From Candidatus Limnocylindria bacterium (GTDB lineage: Bacteria > Chloroflexota > Limnocylindria > P2-11E), in the NCBI GenBank assembly GCA_035513115.1, contig DATKCP010000160.1, positions 1 through 38,833 on the forward strand: a DNA stretch of 38,833 nt, in the 5' to 3' direction. This document shows, in pieces, positions 33,635-38,833 of the stretch; positions within the stretch are counted from its first letter, which is position 1, and each line of letters begins with the position of its first letter. Both the position numbers and the translations under genes were made by a program. The notes under the pieces were generated by a model, which saw nothing but the letters and a program-made list of their open reading frames with translations, did not search any database and was not told the origin of the DNA.

Positions 33635-34738
33635 CTAGTCTCCGAGCGAGGCCAGGAGCCGGTCGATCGCCGCCAGGCCGGCGTGCAGGATGCGCGGCTC
33701 CATCCCGTAGCCGATGCGCAGGTGCCGCTCGGCGCGGAAGTGGATCCCGGGGACCACCATCGTCGAGTACTCGCGGATCAGGCGGTCCACGAGGGCCATC
33801 GATTCCATCGGAAAGCGGTAGCTGAAGAAGCAGATGCCGCCGGCCTGGGGCGGCGTCCAGTGGAGCTCCCGCGAGTGCGTCGCCGCCCAGTCCTCGAGCC
33901 TCGGCCACCGCTCGCCCAGGATGAACCGCGCGCGCTTGAGCAGCTCGTCGCGCCGCTCCAGCGCGACCTCGGCCAGCGTCTCGGAGAGCGTCGCGGGCGC
34001 GATCGTCGTGTAGTCCTTGAGGCGCAGCGCGGCCTGGGCCTCGGCCTCCGGTGCGACGAGCCAGCCGATGCGCAGGCCCGGCAGCCCGTACACCTTCGAG
34101 AGCCCTCCGGTGACGACGATGCGCTCGCCGCGGCCGGAGAACGACGCGCTCTCGACGCTGTCGAGCTCCGCGCCGCGGTAGACCTCGTCCGACAGGATCC
34201 ACGATCCGTGCGTCGCGGCGATCGCGATGACGCGGTCGATCTCGCCGCGCGACAGCACCTGGCCGGTCGGATTGTTCGGCGTGCAAACGCAGATGAGCTT
34301 CGTCCTCTCGTTCACGGCGGCGGCGAGCACGTCGAGGTCGAGGCGCCACCCGCGCTCCTCGCGCAGCCACACCTCGCGCACGCGCGCGCCGAGTCCCTGC
34401 GCGACGCCGTGTACCTGCATGTAGTTCGGCATCAGCACCACGACCTCGTCTCCGGCTGACACGAGCGTCATGAGCGCGAGGAAGTTCGCCTCGCTGGTGC
34501 CGGTCGTGACGAGAACGTTCCTCGCGTCGCTTCCGGGATGGAAGGCGGCCACGAGCGTGCGCGTCGCCTCGCGTCCCACGCCCTCCGCGTATCCGAGCTT
34601 CGAGCGCATGAGCTCCTTCTGATCTCGTGTGGCTTCTTCGAGCGTCAGGGCCTCGACCCCGGACTCGGACAGGTCGTACTTCACCCGGTGCTCCCAGGTG
34701 GACTGCATGCGCTCCATGTCGAACGCCGGGAACTTCAT
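33635..34738 (-). CDS. Class I/II pyridoxal-phosphate-dependent aminotransferase
   Basis: Motifs TGTSEAN, CTPNNPTG, SDEVY, and the PLP-lysine motif GGLSKVYGLPGLRIGW. Start set at the ATG at 34738 (MKFPAFDMERMQ). Confidence 0.85.
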   Translation of the reverse strand: MKFPAFDMERMQSTWEHRVKYDLSESGVEALTLEEATRDQKELMRSKLGYAEGVGREATRTLVAAFHPGSDARNVLVTTGTSEANFLALMTLVSAGDEVVVLMPNYMQVHGVAQGLGARVREVWLREERGWRLDLDVLAAAVNERTKLICVCTPNNPTGQVLSRGEIDRVIAIAATHGSWILSDEVYRGAELDSVESASFSGRGERIVVTGGLSKVYGLPGLRIGWLVAPEAEAQAALRLKDYTTIAPATLSETLAEVALERRDELLKRARFILGERWPRLEDWAATHSRELHWTPPQAGGICFFSYRFPMESMALVDRLIREYSTMVVPGIHFRAERHLRIGYGMEPRILHAGLAAIDRLLASLGD

Positions 34739-34760
34739 CGCTCGGCGGTCCAGTCTGGCA

Positions 34761-35360
34761 TCAGCGCTTCTCCGCGTCCGCACGGAGGCGTTGCAGCTGC
34801 TTCTTCGCGATCTCGAGCACGTACGGGCGCTCGAACGAACCCGGCCGCCCGGTGACCTCGACGGCGTCGACGACGTTGGCGTAGCGGAACAGGACGGTGA
34901 GCGTGATCAGCACGCCGTCCATGGACGTGTGCTCGAACGCGAATCCCCCCGATTCGTCTCCGATGGTCTCCCCGAGGTCGGTCTCGACCGAGCCAAGGTC
35001 GAGCGCCCTCGCGCGGAACTGCGTGGCCGTCACGCGTGCCGCGGCCTCATCGGCGGTCATGATGAGGATCGAGTCGATCACGCAGCAGACGAACGGCGTG
35101 CCGCCTTTCGTGAAGGAGCGCACGTAGCCGGTCGCAAGTCGTTGTTTGAGCTCCGCCGGTGTCGTGCCAAGTCCGCTCGCCAGATCGTCCTGGGTCATCT
35201 CCCCATCCGTCTCGATGGTGTAATCCGCGGGCATGTCGGCGGCCTGGAGGATCACGGCCTGTGGCGCCGCGCGCACGACCGGTGCGGGCGAAGCGCTCGG
35301 CGCGGGCGCCTGCGGCGTGCAGGCGATCGCGACCACGAGCAGCGCTCCCCGAAGCCTCAC
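34761..35360 (-). CDS. Hypothetical lipoprotein
   Basis: Starts VRLRGALLVVAIAC (lipobox VAIAC) followed by a Pro/Ala-rich linker. I recognise no family. The rest of track ORF 34761..35690 is antisense to the GDPD gene. Confidence 0.6.
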   Translation of the reverse strand: MRLRGALLVVAIACTPQAPAPSASPAPVVRAAPQAVILQAADMPADYTIETDGEMTQDDLASGLGTTPAELKQRLATGYVRSFTKGGTPFVCCVIDSILIMTADEAAARVTATQFRARALDLGSVETDLGETIGDESGGFAFEHTSMDGVLITLTVLFRYANVVDAVEVTGRPGSFERPYVLEIAKKQLQRLRADAEKR

Positions 35361-35405
35361 GTAGCCAAGATACGGTGCTGCCGAGCCGCGAGGCAGAATC
35401 GCGGT

Positions 35406-36026
35406 GTGCGCCGTATCGGACACCGCGGAGCGATGGGTCATGCGCCCGAGAACACCATCGCCTCGTTCCAGAAAGCGCTGGATCTCGCCTGCGACGAGGT
35501 GGAGACCGACGTCTGGCTGACGCAGGACGGCCGGCTGCTCGTGTCTCACGACCGGCCGACGACGAAGACGAAGCTCTCGCTCGACGAGGTGCTCGACTTC
35601 TGCCGTGGCCGCATGGCCGTGAACGTGGAGGTCAAGTCGGAGAAGGACGAGGACCGCGCGCGAGAGACCGGGGCTCGAGTCGCCGCCCACCTCGCCGCGC
35701 GGAGAGGTGGAGACGTATACGTCTCCAGCTTCTGGTGGTCGGCATTGGAGGGAGCGCGCGCGGCCGCGCCCGCGGTGCGTCGCGCGTTCGTCTTCTCGGA
35801 CTCGCCCGACCGCGCGGCCCTACTGGGCAGTGCACGCGCCCTCGAGCTCTGGGCGCTGCACCCGAACCGCGCGTACCTGACACCGGACCTGATCCGCGCG
35901 GCGCACGCGGCGTCCCTTCGGGTGAACACGTGGACCGTGAACGACGCGAAGGAGATCACGACCTTCCGCAACTGGTCAGTCGACGGGATCATGTCTGACT
36001 ACCCGGAGCGGGTCCCCAAGGAGTAG
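35406..36026 (+). CDS. Glycerophosphodiester phosphodiesterase (GDPD family)
   Basis: Starts RRIGHRGAMGHAPENTIASF, with ETDVWLTQDGRLLVSHD, VEVK, TWTVND and DGIMSDYPE. GTG start at 35406. Confidence 0.85.
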   Translation: MRRIGHRGAMGHAPENTIASFQKALDLACDEVETDVWLTQDGRLLVSHDRPTTKTKLSLDEVLDFCRGRMAVNVEVKSEKDEDRARETGARVAAHLAARRGGDVYVSSFWWSALEGARAAAPAVRRAFVFSDSPDRAALLGSARALELWALHPNRAYLTPDLIRAAHAASLRVNTWTVNDAKEITTFRNWSVDGIMSDYPERVPKE

Positions 36027-36029
36027 ACG

Positions 36030-37520
36030 TTAGGCGGGCGTGGCCCAGCCTCGCGAGCGCTCAACCGCGCGCTGCCATGAGGCGTACAGCTGCTCCCTCT
36101 GGTCGCGCGCCATCTTCGGCTCGTAGCGGGCCGCGGTAGCGCGCCGCCGCCGCAGCTCCTCGGGTGTCTTCCAGATACCGGCGGCCAGTCCCGCCAGGAA
36201 CGCGGCGCCAAGCGCCGTCGTCTCGCGGATCGCCGCGACCTCGACGGGCACCCCGAGCAGATCCGACTGGAACTGCATCAGGAACCGGTTGGCCGTGCCG
36301 CCGCCGTCGGCCCGCAACACTTCGATCGGCTGTCCGGCCGCGCGCATCGCCTCGACGAGGTCGCGGGACTGATAGGCGATGCTCTCGAGCGTCGCGCGCG
36401 CGATGTGCGCGCGGGTGGTCCCACGCTCGATCCCGATGAGCAGTCCGCGCGCGTACATGTCCCAGTGCGGCGCGCCGAGGCCGGTGAATGCGGGAACGAA
36501 GTACACGCCCTCGTTGCCGGCCAGGCCCGCCGCGAGCGCTTCGGTCTCCTCCGCGCTCGAGATCAGACCGAGGCCGTCGCGCAGCCACTGCACCGCGGCC
36601 CCGGTGACGAACGCGCTCCCCTCGATCGCGTATCGCACGCCGTCGCCGATGTCCCAGGCGATCGTCGTCAGCAGGCCGCCGCGGGCCTCCGCCGCGGTCG
36701 CGCCGGTGCTCGCGAGGAGGAAACAGCCCGTGCCGTAAGTGTTCTTCGCCTCGCCCGGAGCGAAGCACGTCTGGCCGAAGAGGGCGGCCTGCTGATCGCC
36801 CGCGATCCCGGCGATCGGGAGCGCCGCGCCGAAGTGCGCCGGATCGGTCTCGCCGACGACGCCCTTCGAGCGCACCGGCTTCGCGAACATCGCGCGCGGC
36901 AGGTCGAGCGCGGCCAGCAGCTCGTCGTCCCAGCGCTGCCGGTGGATGTCGAAGACCATCGTCCGCGAGGCGTTCGAGACGTCGGTCACGTGCACGCGTC
37001 CGCCGGTGAGCTTCCACACCAGCCACGTGTCGATCGTCCCGCCGAGCAGCTCGCCCGCTTCGGCGCGCGCTTGCGCGCCCGGGACCTGATCGAGGATCCA
37101 TCGCACCTTCGTCGCGGAGAAGTACGCGTCGATCACCAGCCCGGTGCGCTCGCGCACGAGCGGTTCGAGGCCGCGCGTGCGCAGCGCTTCGCAGATCTGT
37201 GCGCTGGCACGGCTCTGCCACACCACCGCAGGGTGGATGGGCCGGCCGGTCGCGCGCTCCCAGACGACGGTCGTCTCGCGCTGGTTGGTGATCCCGATGG
37301 CCGCGACGTCCTTCGCGCCGATGCCGGCCGCGGCGAGCGCATCGCGTCCGACGGCGACGGTCGTCGCGAAGATCTCGTCGGGGTCGTGCTCGACGTGCCC
37401 CGATGCCGGGTAGCTCTGCGCGATCTCGCGGTCGGCGCTGCCCCGGACGGCGCCGGCCGCGTCGAACACGAGCGCGGCCGACCCGGTCGTGCCCTGATCG
37501 AGCGCGAGGACGAAGCTCAC
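36030..37520 (-). CDS. glpK: Glycerol kinase
   Basis: 496 aa with motifs [41 protein letters not shown] and [17 protein letters not shown]. The GTG start overlaps the glpD stop (GTGA). Confidence 0.95.
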   Translation of the reverse strand: MSFVLALDQGTTGSAALVFDAAGAVRGSADREIAQSYPASGHVEHDPDEIFATTVAVGRDALAAAGIGAKDVAAIGITNQRETTVVWERATGRPIHPAVVWQSRASAQICEALRTRGLEPLVRERTGLVIDAYFSATKVRWILDQVPGAQARAEAGELLGGTIDTWLVWKLTGGRVHVTDVSNASRTMVFDIHRQRWDDELLAALDLPRAMFAKPVRSKGVVGETDPAHFGAALPIAGIAGDQQAALFGQTCFAPGEAKNTYGTGCFLLASTGATAAEARGGLLTTIAWDIGDGVRYAIEGSAFVTGAAVQWLRDGLGLISSAEETEALAAGLAGNEGVYFVPAFTGLGAPHWDMYARGLLIGIERGTTRAHIARATLESIAYQSRDLVEAMRAAGQPIEVLRADGGGTANRFLMQFQSDLLGVPVEVAAIRETTALGAAFLAGLAAGIWKTPEELRRRRATAARYEPKMARDQREQLYASWQRAVERSRGWATPA

Positions 37521-38833
37521 TCGATGCTGAAGCGGCGCATGGGCTCTATCTCGCGCCGGTAGGCGGCGATCTCGCCTCTCCGGCGCTCGGGGTCCCAGCC
37601 GAGGAGCCGGCCCATCAGCTCCGCGACCGCGTCGAGGCAGTCGAGGCCCTGGCACGGCGCGAGGCCGAGCGTCGTTCGTCGCAGCAGCGCGTCTCCGATC
37701 GTCATCGCCCACTCGCGGCGCACCGCGTGCGCGATCTCGGCGGCGATGCCGTGCTGGTGGGCGCAGAGCGGCGCGGCCAGCGACGCGTCGCCGGCGGCGA
37801 GGCCGGCGATCTCGCGCGCCCGCGAGCCACCCGCACCCGGCAGGAGCATCGACGCGGTGAGCGACTGGCGTCCTGGTGAGCTCTGTGGACCCCCGAGTCG
37901 TTCGGCCGCGAGGTCCGTCACCTCCTCGGCGATGGCGCGGTACGCGGTGATCTTCCCGCCGACGACGGACAGCACGCCCGCGACGCCGTCGCGGCGCTGA
38001 TGGTCGAAGAGCGCGTGCTTGCGCGACACCTGGCCCTCGCTGACGCCTTCCTCGCGGACCAGCGCGCGCACGCCCGCCCAGGTGAAGTAGATCTCGTCGA
38101 ACGGCGCGTCCGGGAACGCTCGCCGCGCCTCGGCCTGCAGGTAGCGCACGTCCTCCTCGGTCGCGGCGGCGTCGGCGGGGTCTCCCTTGTAGTCGGTGTC
38201 GGTCGTGCCCACGATCGTCGCATCGAGCCACGGCACGACGAAGAAGAGCCGGCCGTCGCGCTTGGCGAACAGGACATGCGCCTGTCGGGTCGCGCGTGGC
38301 GTGACGATGTGGATGCCCTTCGTCAGACGGAGCAGCGGCTTCGGGGTCCGGCGTAGCGGCGCGATCGTCCGATCGAGCCACGGGCCGGTGGCGTTGATCG
38401 TCAGTCGAGCGCGCACCTCGAGGTCGGCTCCGGCGATCCGGTCCTGTACGACCGCGCCGTCGACACGGTCACCTTCGCGCAGATACGACGTCGCTCGAGC
38501 ATGGTTGAGGACGAGGGCGCCGTGAGCCGCCGCGTCGACGATGTTCTCGATGACCAGCCGCTCCACCAGCGGCACCTGGGCGTCGTAGAAGCGCCACGCG
38601 CCCTGAAGCCCGTCCGGATCCAGCGCCGGCTCGGCGGCGAGCGTCTCGCCGCGATCGAGCCACTCCCGCTTGGGCAGGCTCTTGTCGAGCGACAGCGCGT
38701 CGTAGAGCTGCATGCCGATCCGCAGCTTGAACCGGTACCAGAGGCTGGGCCGATACAGCGGCAGGAGGAACGGCAGAGGAGAGACGAGGTGCGGCGCGAT
38801 GCGGAGGAGGGTCTCGCGCTCGCTCATGTCGCT
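37517..38833 (-). CDS. glpD: Glycerol-3-phosphate dehydrogenase (FAD-dependent), 5' end outside the window
   Basis: GlpD-like middle and C-terminal regions ([23 protein letters not shown]). The N-terminal FAD-binding GxGxxG segment is missing because the frame is open to the window edge. Confidence 0.9.
   Translation of the reverse strand, partial: SDMSERETLLRIAPHLVSPLPFLLPLYRPSLWYRFKLRIGMQLYDALSLDKSLPKREWLDRGETLAAEPALDPDGLQGAWRFYDAQVPLVERLVIENIVDAAAHGALVLNHARATSYLREGDRVDGAVVQDRIAGADLEVRARLTINATGPWLDRTIAPLRRTPKPLLRLTKGIHIVTPRATRQAHVLFAKRDGRLFFVVPWLDATIVGTTDTDYKGDPADAAATEEDVRYLQAEARRAFPDAPFDEIYFTWAGVRALVREEGVSEGQVSRKHALFDHQRRDGVAGVLSVVGGKITAYRAIAEEVTDLAAERLGGPQSSPGRQSLTASMLLPGAGGSRAREIAGLAAGDASLAAPLCAHQHGIAAEIAHAVRREWAMTIGDALLRRTTLGLAPCQGLDCLDAVAELMGRLLGWDPERRRGEIAAYRREIEPMRRFSIE

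Noticed and set aside
36061-37562. Two long alternative-frame ORFs (36061..37221 minus strand, 36405..37562 plus strand) over glpK
   Set aside because: glpK in its own frame has full-length family motifs. The alternative frames are Arg/Gly/Ala-rich and have no domains.

Overview
The window is very GC-rich (about 70% by eye, not computed) and gene-dense, and it looks like core chromosome. I support about 50 CDS. I found no rRNA, tRNA, CRISPR array, transposase/IS or prophage genes. Many long ORFs in the six-frame track are antisense or out-of-frame artefacts of the GC content, so I trimmed composite ORFs to the part that reads like a real protein.

Gene order:
- Minus strand: a copper-related trio of a CopD-like membrane protein, an unknown secreted anchored protein and a cupredoxin.
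- Plus strand: dnaJ-prmA-rsmE. Minus strand: plsY plus a small ORF.
- Plus strand: HIT, rpsU, yqeY, phoH, pgpH-like 7TM-HD, ybeY.
- Minus strand: a GT2 glycosyltransferase and an ABC-2 exporter.
- Plus strand: a soluble GAF-GAF histidine kinase with an OmpR-type regulator, a membrane protein and a saccharopine-dehydrogenase-like protein.
- Plus strand, Pho block: PhoR/SenX3-like kinase, PhoP/RegX3-like regulator, pstS-pstC-pstA-pstB-phoU-arsC.
- Minus strand: amtB plus a small ORF, then a TPP riboswitch controlling thiN-ykoE-ykoD-ykoC and probably a VOC-fold gene.
- Remainder: an ArsR/SRPBCC pair, small proteins, an arginase-fold protein, an aminotransferase, a lipoprotein, a GDPD phosphodiesterase, and glpD (5' end off-window)-glpK.

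Most notable observations:
1. phoH is split by a 341-aa intein that carries a LAGLIDADG homing endonuclease. It has the class 3 hallmarks: Ala1, Trp at B:12, Cys at F:4, Thr at G:5, and Thr at +1.
2. Tandem 11-nt GTTCACC direct repeats (PHO-box-like) lie upstream of pstS and, inverted, at the -35 position of the regulator gene.
3. Ten genes have a -10-like hexamer 5-9 nt upstream of the start codon and no Shine-Dalgarno sequence, which suggests leaderless mRNAs.
4. Thirteen gene junctions are 4-nt NTGA start/stop overlaps. Two of them are probable CTG starts, for ybeY and the saccharopine-dehydrogenase-like gene.
5. arsC is translationally coupled to phoU.
6. Several small ORFs missing from the ORF track have strong ribosome-binding sites.

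I did not find a convincing novel multi-gene system such as a defence island. The intein and the regulatory and translation-initiation architecture are the best leads.
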